Assembly (NCBI GenBank): GCA_030583725.1
Contig: CP129472.1
Location: 593,902-657,901 of the forward strand
Length of the DNA stretch: 64,000 nucleotides
Direction of reading: 5' to 3'
From: a bacterium
Lineage (GTDB): Bacteria; Patescibacteriota; Microgenomatia; UBA8517
Positions 20,267 through 29,530 of the stretch are shown here, piece after piece. The notes below the pieces were generated by a model. The model was not told the DNA's origin and searched no databases. It was given only the letters and a program-made list of their open reading frames with translations. A program made the translations under genes and the position numbers. How positions within the stretch are numbered: the first letter of the stretch is position 1; each line of letters opens with the position of its first letter.

Positions 20267-20662
20267 ATGCCTCAGGGTAGGAAAGTTTTTAGTGATTATT
20301 CATTCGTGGTTTTTCCTGCAGCAAAAGCATATGAAGGTTTTTTGAAAAAAGTATTTCTAGATATGGAGTTTATTACCAGTGAAGATTATCATGGTAAACG
20401 ATTTAGGATTGGAAAAGCACTAAATCCATATTTAGATAAAAGGTACAGAGAAAAGGAGAGTGTCTATGACAAACTAGTTAAATACTGTGGCGGTAAGGAG
20501 CTAGCAGATGACTTGTGGAACACTTGGACTTTATGTAGAAATACTGTTTTTCATTGGTTTCCAGATGAAAAAAAGGCAATCACTTTTGACGAAGCCAAAA
20601 CCAAAATAGATATGGTTATTGGCTCTATGGATAAAGCCTTTGAGGGTTGTAAACTTAAATAG
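20267..20662 (+). CDS. small protein with C-terminal RNxxxH (HEPN-like) motif
   Basis: The internal start at 20267 has a strong GGAGG RBS and avoids overlapping the PBP start. The motif is LCRNTVFHW. Confidence 0.35.
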   Translation: MPQGRKVFSDYSFVVFPAAKAYEGFLKKVFLDMEFITSEDYHGKRFRIGKALNPYLDKRYREKESVYDKLVKYCGGKELADDLWNTWTLCRNTVFHWFPDEKKAITFDEAKTKIDMVIGSMDKAFEGCKLK

Positions 20663-20673
20663 CAATATTAATT

Positions 20674-21321
20674 ATGAGCAAGACTTTAAATTTCAAAAGG
20701 GCAGTTTATCTGGCAGCGTACCTACTAATAGTATGGGGTTTTTATAGATTTCTTTTTCAACTTCCAGAAGAGATTGAGGAAACAATAATTAAACCACTGG
20801 TTTGGCTAATCCCAGTTATTTATTTAGTTAAACTAGAACGTCGTGGTTTGGAATCTGTTGGTATAACTTTCAAAAATTTGTTTCCTGCAATTTATTATTC
20901 CTTGGGATTGGGCCTGATCTTTGTTTTAGAGGCAATGTTTGTTAATTACATCAAATACGATGGGCAACTTAATCTGAATGCAAATATTGGTCAATTACCG
21001 TTTATAACAGCGCTTGGATTATCTTTTGTAACTGCTTTTTCAGAAGAGATCACATTCAGGGGATACATATTTACTAGAATCTGGGACTTTATCAAAAATG
21101 AGTTCACTGCCAATATCCTAACATCTGTTTTTTGGGCTATGATTCATGTACCCATAACCATATTTGTTTGGAAATTGGATTTTTCAGCAAGTCTAATATA
21201 TTTAGCACTAACCACCATTTTTGGTATTGGAAGCGCTTTTGTATATGCTAGAACTAAAAACATTTTGGCACCAATTATTCTTCATGTATTATGGCAGTGG
21301 CCAATAATTTTGTTTAGATAA
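20674..21321 (+). CDS. CPBP family intramembrane metalloprotease (CAAX protease / Abi domain)
   Basis: EEITFRGY (EExxxR), FWAMIH and HVLWQ motifs in a multi-TM protein. Confidence 0.75.
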   Translation: MSKTLNFKRAVYLAAYLLIVWGFYRFLFQLPEEIEETIIKPLVWLIPVIYLVKLERRGLESVGITFKNLFPAIYYSLGLGLIFVLEAMFVNYIKYDGQLNLNANIGQLPFITALGLSFVTAFSEEITFRGYIFTRIWDFIKNEFTANILTSVFWAMIHVPITIFVWKLDFSASLIYLALTTIFGIGSAFVYARTKNILAPIILHVLWQWPIILFR

Positions 21322-21400
21322 GGAGACATAAGTGACATTGTTTGCAGGAGTTGACTGCTTAGTATACAATTACAATTACCCAATTAGTTTTGGGTAATTT

Positions 21401-22009
21401 ATGAAAAGCAATGTTGCAGTTAATATCATTACAATAATTGTTGCTTTCACCATACTTTCGGCTTCATTTTTCAAAACAGTTAGTATTAAATATGCCTATA
21501 CGCCACTGGTTTTATCAGAGAATACTGAACAAAAAAATACAGAAGATGATCTTTCGGTAGATTATGTATTGGCCTACCCTGGAAAAATTAATCCCGACAA
21601 TCCACTTTGGTACCTAAAGGCCTTAAGAGATAGAATTTGGGTTGTTACAACTTTTGATCAAAACAAAAAAAGTGATCTATATTTATTGTTTGCCGACAAA
21701 CGTTTGGTTTCTGCAACAATGTTATTTCAAGACAATAAACCCGATTTGGGTCTTGTCACACTAACTAAGGCTGAAAAATATCTTGAAAAGGCATCAAAAA
21801 CAGTATCTTATACTGATAGTTATGAAAAGTTGGCGCTTGCTTCACTGAAGCACAGAGAGATAATCGAAAGACAAATACTACCTTTAACCCCAGAAGACCT
21901 AAGGCCTCAAGCTATAAAAACAATTGACTACTCAAAGGAAGTATATAAAGTAATGAGTGTTAATTTATTGACGATTGGCTTGAATCCACCGCAAAATCCA
22001 TTTGAATAG
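21401..22009 (+). CDS. hypothetical exported protein
   Basis: N-terminal signal/TM segment. No family recognised. Confidence 0.35.
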   Translation: MKSNVAVNIITIIVAFTILSASFFKTVSIKYAYTPLVLSENTEQKNTEDDLSVDYVLAYPGKINPDNPLWYLKALRDRIWVVTTFDQNKKSDLYLLFADKRLVSATMLFQDNKPDLGLVTLTKAEKYLEKASKTVSYTDSYEKLALASLKHREIIERQILPLTPEDLRPQAIKTIDYSKEVYKVMSVNLLTIGLNPPQNPFE

Positions 22010-22197
22010 TATCCTTTTTTTATACTCGATTTTAAAATAATCTCCGCAAAATTTACGCGAGCAAAAATGAAAGAAATTTTTTTGAAGCTACTCAGGCTTA
22101 AAGGTGATATATTTAATACTAAAAGTTTATAGTTGACTCTCTACCCCTAGTGTTAGATCATCTGTCTTGTTACTAGTGATAGTGTTTTTTGCTTTCA

Positions 22198-22250
22198 TAT
22201 GTGAAACATAGTTATTTTATGTGAAACATAGTTACTACTTGTGAAACGCA
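22198..22250 (+). promoter_or_regulatory. three direct repeats of TGTGAAAC(ATAGTTA) with 20-bp period upstream of nrdR
   Basis: TATGTGAAACATAGTTA at 22198-22214 and 22218-22234, then CTTGTGAAACGCA at 22238-22250. Candidate operator of the nrdR-nrdJ operon. Confidence 0.5.
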
Positions 22251-22280
22251 AAAAATTGTAACTAAAAGAAAAAAGTACAT

Positions 22281-22727
22281 ATGAAATGTCCATTTTGTAA
22301 TACCAAGGAGACACAAGTTCTTGAGTCAAGAACGAGCGACGATGGTCACGGATTAAGAAGGAGAAGGGAGTGTACCAAGTGTGGTAAAAGGTTTACAACA
22401 CATGAGTCAGTTAAAACATCTGTACTCTGGGTTATTAAAAGAGATGGCAAAAGAGAGCCTTTTGATAAAGAGAAAGTAAAAAGAGGAATATTAAGATCAA
22501 TCGAAAAAAGACCAGTTTCTTTAGATTTGGTTAATGAAATAGCAGATGAGATAGAGAGGGAAATGCTAAAAGCAGAGAATGAAGAAATATCAAGCAAGTT
22601 AATAGGTGGTGCAATTTTAAAAAAGTTAAAGAAAGTTGACAAGGTAGCTTGGTTAAGGTTTGCAAGTGTCTATTTACAGTTTGAAGACTTAGAAGATTTT
22701 GAAAAAATAATATCTAAAAATATATGA
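22281..22727 (+). CDS. nrdR: transcriptional repressor NrdR
   Basis: Zinc ribbon CPFC...CTKC followed by an ATP-cone. The N-terminus MKCPFCNTKETQVLESR is canonical. Confidence 0.9.
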   Translation: MKCPFCNTKETQVLESRTSDDGHGLRRRRECTKCGKRFTTHESVKTSVLWVIKRDGKREPFDKEKVKRGILRSIEKRPVSLDLVNEIADEIEREMLKAENEEISSKLIGGAILKKLKKVDKVAWLRFASVYLQFEDLEDFEKIISKNI

Positions 22728-25204
22728 CAAAAAAACAAATTAAAAATAAATTATTAAAATTTGAAGATTACAAAGCTCCTACCTATGAAAAAATACGAAA
22801 GGAAATTGATAAGAAAGTTGGTTTAAAACCAAACCTGCCACAGGACTTGCCCAAGGGTGATTGGACAGAACAGGCATTAAAGGTTTTGGGTGAAAGATAT
22901 CTTGTTAAAGATAATAACTTAAATCCAATTGAATCCCCAGAAGATATGATTTGGCGTGTTGCTTGGGATGTTGCCTCTAGTGAAGCCAGGTGGGGTGCAA
23001 CTAAAAAAGATGTGATGAAGTCTGCAAGAGAGTTCTACAATTTAATGGTTTCAAGAAAATTTTTACCAAATTCTCCAACCCTTATGAATGCCGGTACTGG
23101 CAATGGTTTGCAATATTCTGCCTGTTTTGTCCTTCCTGTTGAGGATTCGATGGAAGGAATATTTGATGCTCTAAAACATCAGGCCATAATTCACAAAACA
23201 GGTGGTGGTACTGGGTTTTCATTTACTAGACTTAGACCATCTGGATCGTTAGTCAAAACTTCATCTGGTACTGCATCTGGGCCAATATCGTTTATGAGAA
23301 TATTCGATGCCGCTACTAACGAGGTTAAACAAGGTGGAAAAAGAAGAGGTGCAAATATGGGAATTTTAAGGGTTGACCATCCAGATGTTATGGAATTTAT
23401 CCATTGCAAAGAAGAGGGGGGTATTACAAATTTCAACATATCAGTGGCGATTACAGACAAGTTTATGGAGGCTTATAGAAATAACGAGGACTATGAGCTT
23501 ATAAATCCAAAAACAAAAGAGGTTGTTGGAAAACTATCAGCCAGAGTTGTTTTTGATGAGATTGCTGACGGTGCTTGGAGGACAGGAGACCCTGGATTAA
23601 TTTTTATAGACAAGATAAACCAAAGTACTGCAAACCCTGTTCCAACAATTGGAGATATTGAAGCAACCAACCCCTGTGGAGAACAACCTCTTTATCCTTT
23701 TGATGCTTGTAACTTGGGCAGTATATTTTTAACTTACTTTGTAAAAAATGGTGAGGTAGACTGGGATGGAATAAAAGAGATATCAAGACAAGCAGTTAGA
23801 TTTTTGGACAACGTCATTGAAGTTAATCCGTATCCACTAGAGCAGATAAGGAATACAGTTTTTGGTATCAGAAGAATTGGACTAGGAATTGGAGGTTGGG
23901 CCGATATGCTTCTTGAGCTTGGAATTCCTTATGACAGTGAAGAAGCCTTAACTCTTGCAGAGCGTGTTATGAAAACAATTAACGATGAGGCAGTTTCTGA
24001 GACAGAAAGACTTGCTAAAGTAAGAGGAGCCTTCCCAATGTTTGAGGGGTCAATTTATAAAGGGACAACTCCCAGAAGAAATTCAACAGTCACTACAATT
24101 GCACCTACTGGTACGATATCAATAATTGCAGGTAGTTCTTCAGGTTGTGAACCGCTTTTTGCAATTGCTTTTCAACATATAGTTAAAGATAAGCATTTGG
24201 ATAGAAAGTTAACTTTTGTTAATCCAAAATTTGAAGAAGTTCTTAAAAAAGAAGGTATTTGGAGTCAGGAGTTGATGGACAAAGTCGGAGCGAAAGGTGT
24301 TGTCAGAAATATTCAAGAAATTCCAGAAAAAATAAGAAATATTTTTGGTACGGCCCAAGAAATTACCCCTACTTGGCACATAAGGACACAAGCAGTTTTT
24401 CAAAAACATACAGAGAATGCAGTGAGTAAGACTATTAATTTAGACAATTCCGCGACAGTTGCAGACATTAAAAATGCCTATCTTGAGGCTTGGGATACAG
24501 GGTGTAGGGGTATAACTGTCTTTAGGGATGGATGCAAAGATGTTCAGGTTTTAAACTTGGGTACAAAAAACGATACTGTAAAGACTGATGTAAACACAAA
24601 CACCCAACAGGAGGTTGAGCCAATAAGACAACGTCCTTATAAAGTAACTGGTTCAACGTACAGGATGCATACTCCAGTGGGGACAGCATTTATAACAATT
24701 AATGAAGATGAGAACGGTGACCCATTAGAAGTCTTTGTGAACGTTGGCAAAGCTGGTTCTGATGTTGCTGCTATGGCAGAAGCCTTAGGTCGTACTATTT
24801 CAACCGCCTTAAAATTTAGAGGAAATGTTTCTGCAAAAGAAAAAGCAAGAGAATTTGCAGACCAACTTTCAGGAATTGGTGGAAGAAGGTCAATTGGATT
24901 TGGTCCAACAAAAATAAAATCTCTTCCAGATGCAGTAGCTGGTGCGTTATCTGTTCATTATGATTTTGGTATAAATGGATACCACAACAGCCCAAATGTT
25001 TTTGGCGTAAATGACTCAAAAAAAGAACCAGTAAGTGAAGTAATTGCATCAATTCCATCAACCACAAAAGAACAACAAGACACTTTGTTTCTTCATGCTA
25101 CAAAAGAAAAAGTTGGTGATATCTGTCCAAGTTGTGGAGCAGGAGCATTAGTTTTTGAAGAAGGGTGTAGTAAATGCCACGCCTGTGGACATAGTGAATG
25201 CTAA
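22724..25204 (+). CDS. nrdJ: adenosylcobalamin-dependent ribonucleotide reductase (class II)
   Basis: 826 aa with class II RNR core motifs (NPCGEQPL, catalytic Cys region) and a C-terminal zinc ribbon CPSCG...CSKCHACG. Translationally coupled to nrdR. Confidence 0.9.
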   Translation: MTKKQIKNKLLKFEDYKAPTYEKIRKEIDKKVGLKPNLPQDLPKGDWTEQALKVLGERYLVKDNNLNPIESPEDMIWRVAWDVASSEARWGATKKDVMKSAREFYNLMVSRKFLPNSPTLMNAGTGNGLQYSACFVLPVEDSMEGIFDALKHQAIIHKTGGGTGFSFTRLRPSGSLVKTSSGTASGPISFMRIFDAATNEVKQGGKRRGANMGILRVDHPDVMEFIHCKEEGGITNFNISVAITDKFMEAYRNNEDYELINPKTKEVVGKLSARVVFDEIADGAWRTGDPGLIFIDKINQSTANPVPTIGDIEATNPCGEQPLYPFDACNLGSIFLTYFVKNGEVDWDGIKEISRQAVRFLDNVIEVNPYPLEQIRNTVFGIRRIGLGIGGWADMLLELGIPYDSEEALTLAERVMKTINDEAVSETERLAKVRGAFPMFEGSIYKGTTPRRNSTVTTIAPTGTISIIAGSSSGCEPLFAIAFQHIVKDKHLDRKLTFVNPKFEEVLKKEGIWSQELMDKVGAKGVVRNIQEIPEKIRNIFGTAQEITPTWHIRTQAVFQKHTENAVSKTINLDNSATVADIKNAYLEAWDTGCRGITVFRDGCKDVQVLNLGTKNDTVKTDVNTNTQQEVEPIRQRPYKVTGSTYRMHTPVGTAFITINEDENGDPLEVFVNVGKAGSDVAAMAEALGRTISTALKFRGNVSAKEKAREFADQLSGIGGRRSIGFGPTKIKSLPDAVAGALSVHYDFGINGYHNSPNVFGVNDSKKEPVSEVIASIPSTTKEQQDTLFLHATKEKVGDICPSCGAGALVFEEGCSKCHACGHSEC

Positions 25205-25242
25205 AGTAAACTTGCGAAACCAGAATTTGATAGAATAACTCC

Positions 25243-25737
25243 ATGTCAGTATATACAAAAACAGGGGATAAAGGGAAAACTGGAACCTTTGGTGGGAAAA
25301 GAATTTCAAAATCTTCCAAGTTAATTCAAGCCATAGGGGCAATTGATGAACTAAATTCATACCTTGGTATTGTGGGTGGTTTAACGGAAGTACAAAGAAA
25401 CTTGTTTACTGTTAACTCAATTCTATCTGGCGCCAAGCTTACACTTCCAAAAGATGCGGTTAAAAAATTAGAAAAAGAAATAGATAGAATGGAAGGGGCA
25501 ATGCCAGTTCTTGCCAATTTTATAATCTATTCTGGAACACCAAGAGCCACTAAAATTTATTACGCTAGAGCACTTGCGCGTCGTGCAGAACGAATGCTAG
25601 TTTCTGCTTCAGATACTAAACATCCAAATTTAGACAAACTTGCCTACTTAAATAGACTTTCAGATTATCTCTTTACCCTTGCCCGCTACACCAATTTCAA
25701 ACAAAAGACGAGAGAAGAAACTTGGAAAATAGTTTAG
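25243..25737 (+). CDS. ATP:cob(I)alamin adenosyltransferase, PduO/MMAB type
   Basis: N-terminus VYTKTGDKGKTG is the hallmark of PduO-type adenosyltransferases. Lies directly downstream of nrdJ. Confidence 0.85.
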   Translation: MSVYTKTGDKGKTGTFGGKRISKSSKLIQAIGAIDELNSYLGIVGGLTEVQRNLFTVNSILSGAKLTLPKDAVKKLEKEIDRMEGAMPVLANFIIYSGTPRATKIYYARALARRAERMLVSASDTKHPNLDKLAYLNRLSDYLFTLARYTNFKQKTREETWKIV

Positions 25738-25761
25738 CTTCTGTTGTGATATTATTAATTC

Positions 25762-26097
25762 ATGGGACTACTGCCTGAAAGAGAACCAATAAAGAATAAG
25801 TATGAGAATCCTGATGAAGCTTCGCCTTTAAACATAGAAAGGAAAGAGGTTGTAACTCCTGTTCCAACCCAATTTAAAGCTCAAGTTACAGATGATCAGG
25901 GTAATAGTGTAATTAAAACACCAGAGTCTGAAAAAGTTGACATAGTTATTCCTGCTTCTAACGAAAAAAGTCTTGAGGTTACTATCAAGGGGGATAAAAG
26001 TGAATCTTCTGTTTGGTCTGCAGGTTATTGGCTTAGAATTTTTAAAAAGGCAGTTTATTTTAGTTGGAAGATATTATTCGATGGAGGTAAACAATGA
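25762..26097 (+). CDS. hypothetical protein
   Basis: 111 aa. Overlaps the downstream ATPase gene by 4 bp, so probably in the same operon. Confidence 0.35.
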   Translation: MGLLPEREPIKNKYENPDEASPLNIERKEVVTPVPTQFKAQVTDDQGNSVIKTPESEKVDIVIPASNEKSLEVTIKGDKSESSVWSAGYWLRIFKKAVYFSWKILFDGGKQ

Positions 26098-28421
26098 TCG
26101 TATCTGATTTAAATACAATTTTTGCATTCTTGATACTAATTTTAATTTTAGTTTTCATGGTTGCTGTTTTTTCCTATGTAGCCTTTGTGGTTTTCAGATA
26201 CCGTGGTAGAGAAGAACGATCAGTTGACTCGGTTTATCTGCAAATTTCTGTACCCCGCTTGAACGAAATTAAAATTGATGCTATGGAGCAACTTTTTGCT
26301 TCACTGTATTCAGTTAAAAAAGGGGGTTGGAAACAAAAGTTTTCTGTTCAGCCTACACTTTCTTTTGAAATGTTGGCAAGAGATGAAGATATCAAGTTCT
26401 TTGTTTGGACACCTTCAGAATATAAAGATTTAGTAGAAAAACAAATCCATGGTGCATATCCTGACGCTGAAGTTAAAGAAGTACAAGAGGTTAATATTTT
26501 TTCAAACGAAGGTAAAGTAGCCTATAAGTCATTGCAACTTTCAAAAGCAAACTATTATCCTCTAAAAACATTTAAAGATTTGTCTACAGATATTTTGTCT
26601 GCAGTTACATCTAGTATGGCTAGGATGGATAAAGGTGAGGGTGCAATTTTACAAATTTTAATTTCTCCAGCTGAATCTGACTGGCAAAAAGAGGGAGGAA
26701 AGTTTATTTCAGATACTAAAAAACAAGAAAGCAGTTCAGAAAGTGCTAAATATTCTGTATCTGCAAAAGCTCTTGAAGCCGTGGAAAACAAGATCAGTAA
26801 ACCTGGTTTTGAAACATCAATCAGGATTATAGTTTCAGGAACTACAAAAGAGAGGGCAAAAATCCATCTGGACAACATTAATTCTTCAATCAGCCAAGTT
26901 GCAGGTGAACACAACATCTTGGGTGGTAGAAAAATATATAACAAAGGCTCATTTATGCAGGACTTTTTATATCGCTATCAGCCGATGTTTAATATTTTAA
27001 AAAACCATGTATCAATTTTAAATTCTGAAGAGCTTGCAACAATTTTTCATTTTCCAAATAGACAAATAACAACCCCACATATTCACTGGTTGCATAGTAA
27101 GACAGCCCCTGCACCCGCAGAAGTGCCTGAGGATGGCTTGTATTTAGGTAAGAGCGTCTATAGAGGGGTAGAACGAAAAATTGCAATGGGCGATGATGAT
27201 AGAAGAAGGCACATGTTTATTATTGGTGCAACGGGTACAGGAAAAACCGAGCTTTTAAAGAGCATGATTATGCAGGATATAAATGCTGGACGTGGAATTT
27301 GTTTTATGGATCCACATGGTGATGCTGTTGAAGATGTTTTAAAAATGATTCCCCCAGAACGTGCAGAAGATGTTGTCTACTTTAGACCTTCTGACACAGA
27401 GCGTCCAATGGGGTTAAATTTGATGGAAGCCAAAACTGAAGACGAAAAGCATTTTGTTGCCTCATCAATTATTAATATGATGTACAAACTTTTTGACCCT
27501 TATAAGACTGGTATTGTTGGTCCAAGGTTTGAGCATGCTGTAAGAAATGCCATGTTAACCATAATGTCGGAGCCCGGAACCACCTTTGTTGAATTGATGA
27601 GGGTTTTGACAGACGCAAGATATGTTCAGGAATTACTACCTAAGGTAACTGACCCTATAATCAGAAGATATTGGACGGATCAGATTGCACAAACTTCTGA
27701 CTTCCATAAATCTGAGGTTTTAGACTATATCACCTCAAAATTTGGTAGGTTTGTAACAAATAAAATGATTAGAAATATCATTGGGCAATCTCAGTCGTCA
27801 TTTTCATTCCGTGATGTAATGGATAATGGAAAGATATTATTAATTAACCTAGCAAAAGGTGAGTTGGGTGAGGAAAACTCAAACTTTTTAGGTCTTATTT
27901 TAGTACCTCGTATTTTAATGGCAGCCATGAGCAGAAGTGATACACCAGAAGAACAACGAAGAGATTTTTATCTTTATGTTGACGAGTTCCAAAATTTTGC
28001 AACACCTGACTTTGCTGTTATTCTTTCTGAGGCTAGAAAATACAAACTGAATTTGACCGTTGCTAATCAGTTTATAGGTCAGATGGAAGAAGAAGTTAAA
28101 AATGCAGTTTTTGGAAACGTAGGTACAAAAATATCATTTAGGGTTGGTGTGACAGATGCTAATTATTTACAACATGAATTTTCTCCTACGTTTGGCGAGG
28201 ATGATTTGTTAAATGTTGAAAGATTTCACGCATATGTTAAAACAATTGTCAGAAACCAACCACAAACACCATTCTCCCTTGATACAACACTTGATATGAA
28301 AGCGGTAAATGCCACAAAAAATGATAGAACTGCAGAAATAATTACTGAAATGAGTAGGTTAAAACATGGTAGAGACGTAAAATTAGTTGAGGCAGAAATC
28401 ACTAGACGAGCAAAGCTTTAG
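26094..28421 (+). CDS. membrane-anchored FtsK/HerA/TraD-superfamily P-loop ATPase
   Basis: N-terminal TM helix. Walker A GATGTGKTE, Walker B YVDEFQNF, then an FtsK-like ARKYKLNLTVANQ segment. Confidence 0.6.
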   Translation: MIVSDLNTIFAFLILILILVFMVAVFSYVAFVVFRYRGREERSVDSVYLQISVPRLNEIKIDAMEQLFASLYSVKKGGWKQKFSVQPTLSFEMLARDEDIKFFVWTPSEYKDLVEKQIHGAYPDAEVKEVQEVNIFSNEGKVAYKSLQLSKANYYPLKTFKDLSTDILSAVTSSMARMDKGEGAILQILISPAESDWQKEGGKFISDTKKQESSSESAKYSVSAKALEAVENKISKPGFETSIRIIVSGTTKERAKIHLDNINSSISQVAGEHNILGGRKIYNKGSFMQDFLYRYQPMFNILKNHVSILNSEELATIFHFPNRQITTPHIHWLHSKTAPAPAEVPEDGLYLGKSVYRGVERKIAMGDDDRRRHMFIIGATGTGKTELLKSMIMQDINAGRGICFMDPHGDAVEDVLKMIPPERAEDVVYFRPSDTERPMGLNLMEAKTEDEKHFVASSIINMMYKLFDPYKTGIVGPRFEHAVRNAMLTIMSEPGTTFVELMRVLTDARYVQELLPKVTDPIIRRYWTDQIAQTSDFHKSEVLDYITSKFGRFVTNKMIRNIIGQSQSSFSFRDVMDNGKILLINLAKGELGEENSNFLGLILVPRILMAAMSRSDTPEEQRRDFYLYVDEFQNFATPDFAVILSEARKYKLNLTVANQFIGQMEEEVKNAVFGNVGTKISFRVGVTDANYLQHEFSPTFGEDDLLNVERFHAYVKTIVRNQPQTPFSLDTTLDMKAVNATKNDRTAEIITEMSRLKHGRDVKLVEAEITRRAKL

Positions 28422-28441
28422 GTGGTATTCTTCATTATATT

Positions 28442-29317
28442 ATGAATAATGTGAATAGTAATTCTGGCTACACAATTGGGGTAATTGGCTACGGTTTTGT
28501 TGGAGAAGCAACTGTTAAAGGTTTTGCAACAAACAAAGAAAACAGGATTTTTTGGTATGACAAGTATAAAGAATCTCAAAATACACTAGAAGAAGTAGTT
28601 AAACTTTCCGAATTTATATTTGTAAGTGTCCCAACCCCAATGTTTTCTGATTATTCTGGAATGGATATGAGTATTGTTGAAGAAGTTGTAGAAAGTGTTG
28701 CTAAAAAAATTGAAAATACCGAGAAAATCCTAATTATTAAGTCTACTTCGCTTCCTGGAACTACTACCAAAATGGCCAAAAAATATCCTAAAGTTAATTT
28801 TGCTATGAATCCTGAGTTTTTAACTCAAGAAAAAGCAAATTTTGATTTTTTAAATCCAAATAGAACGGTAATAGGAACTAGGAACGAGGAAGTAGGAAAG
28901 AGAATTAAATCACTTTATCAAACAATATTACCAAAAGATCAGACGTATTACATAATGGATACAACAAGTGCAGAACTTGCGAAATATATGAGTAATTTAA
29001 TGCTTGCGTCTAAAATTTTATTGGCAAACGAATTTTATTTACTTTCAGAGCATGTAGGCGCAGATTACAACAAAGTCAGAGAAGCTGTTGAGGCAGATAA
29101 AAGAATAGGCACATTTTTAAGCGTTCCGGGGTGGGATGGAGATTTCGGTTTTGGAAAAGCCTGTTTCCCAAAGGATATGATAGGTATTTTAGGCTTTGCA
29201 AAGAAAAATGACGTAGACATGTCAGCTCTTCAGGCTATTTGGGATAAAAATATTAAGATAAGAAAGATTAGAGATTGGGAGCATATGCCTCAAGCCTTTA
29301 CTTCAAAGAAAAAATGA
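28442..29317 (+). CDS. UDP-glucose/GDP-mannose dehydrogenase family protein, short form
   Basis: Rossmann motif GVIGYGFVG and catalytic Cys motif GFGKACFPKD. At 291 aa it lacks the usual C-terminal domain. Confidence 0.55.
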   Translation: MNNVNSNSGYTIGVIGYGFVGEATVKGFATNKENRIFWYDKYKESQNTLEEVVKLSEFIFVSVPTPMFSDYSGMDMSIVEEVVESVAKKIENTEKILIIKSTSLPGTTTKMAKKYPKVNFAMNPEFLTQEKANFDFLNPNRTVIGTRNEEVGKRIKSLYQTILPKDQTYYIMDTTSAELAKYMSNLMLASKILLANEFYLLSEHVGADYNKVREAVEADKRIGTFLSVPGWDGDFGFGKACFPKDMIGILGFAKKNDVDMSALQAIWDKNIKIRKIRDWEHMPQAFTSKKK

Positions 29318-29335
29318 TATAATTCAAGAAACTGA

Positions 29336-29530
29336 GGCCCGGTAACTCAGTGGTCAGAGTACCGTCCTTATGGTAGAAAATTTGGGCGCATAGCTCAGTG
29401 GTTAGAGCATCGATCTTATAAGTCGAGGGTCCTTGGTTCAAATCCAAGTGCGCCCACCAAATTTTCAGACAGACAGCGTACAAACACAGTCATAAGACGG
29501 GAGTCGATGGTTCGAGCCCATCCCGGGCCA
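29336..29530 (+). tRNA. tRNA gene interrupted in the anticodon loop by a 122-bp insert (exons 29336-29372 and 29495-29530)
   Basis: Perfect 7-bp acceptor stem GGCCCGG/CCGGGCC, D-arm ACTC/GAGT, anticodon stem CCGTC/GACGG, T-arm GATGG-TTCGAGC-CCATC. The anticodon is TAT if the insert lies at 37/38, or CAT if at 32/33. Confidence 0.6.
29384..29459 (+). tRNA. tRNA with TAT anticodon (Ile-UAU-like), CCA encoded, lying inside the insert of the outer tRNA
   Basis: Acceptor GGGCGCA/TGCGCCC, D-arm GCTC-AGTGGTTA-GAGC, anticodon stem TCGAT/GTCGA with loop CTTATAA, T-arm CTTGG-TTCAAAT-CCAAG. Confidence 0.8.

Noticed and set aside
22198-22250. Canonical NrdR box
   Set aside because: The repeats are direct, not the palindromic ACAC...GTGT-type NrdR box. 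They are described only as a candidate operator.
29298-29483. 61-aa minus-strand ORF
   Set aside because: Lies entirely antisense to the tRNA genes, so it is spurious.
29373-29494. Group I self-splicing intron in the outer tRNA
   Set aside because: The 122-nt insert is too short for a group I core. It is also largely occupied by a complete tRNA rather than P1-P9 elements.
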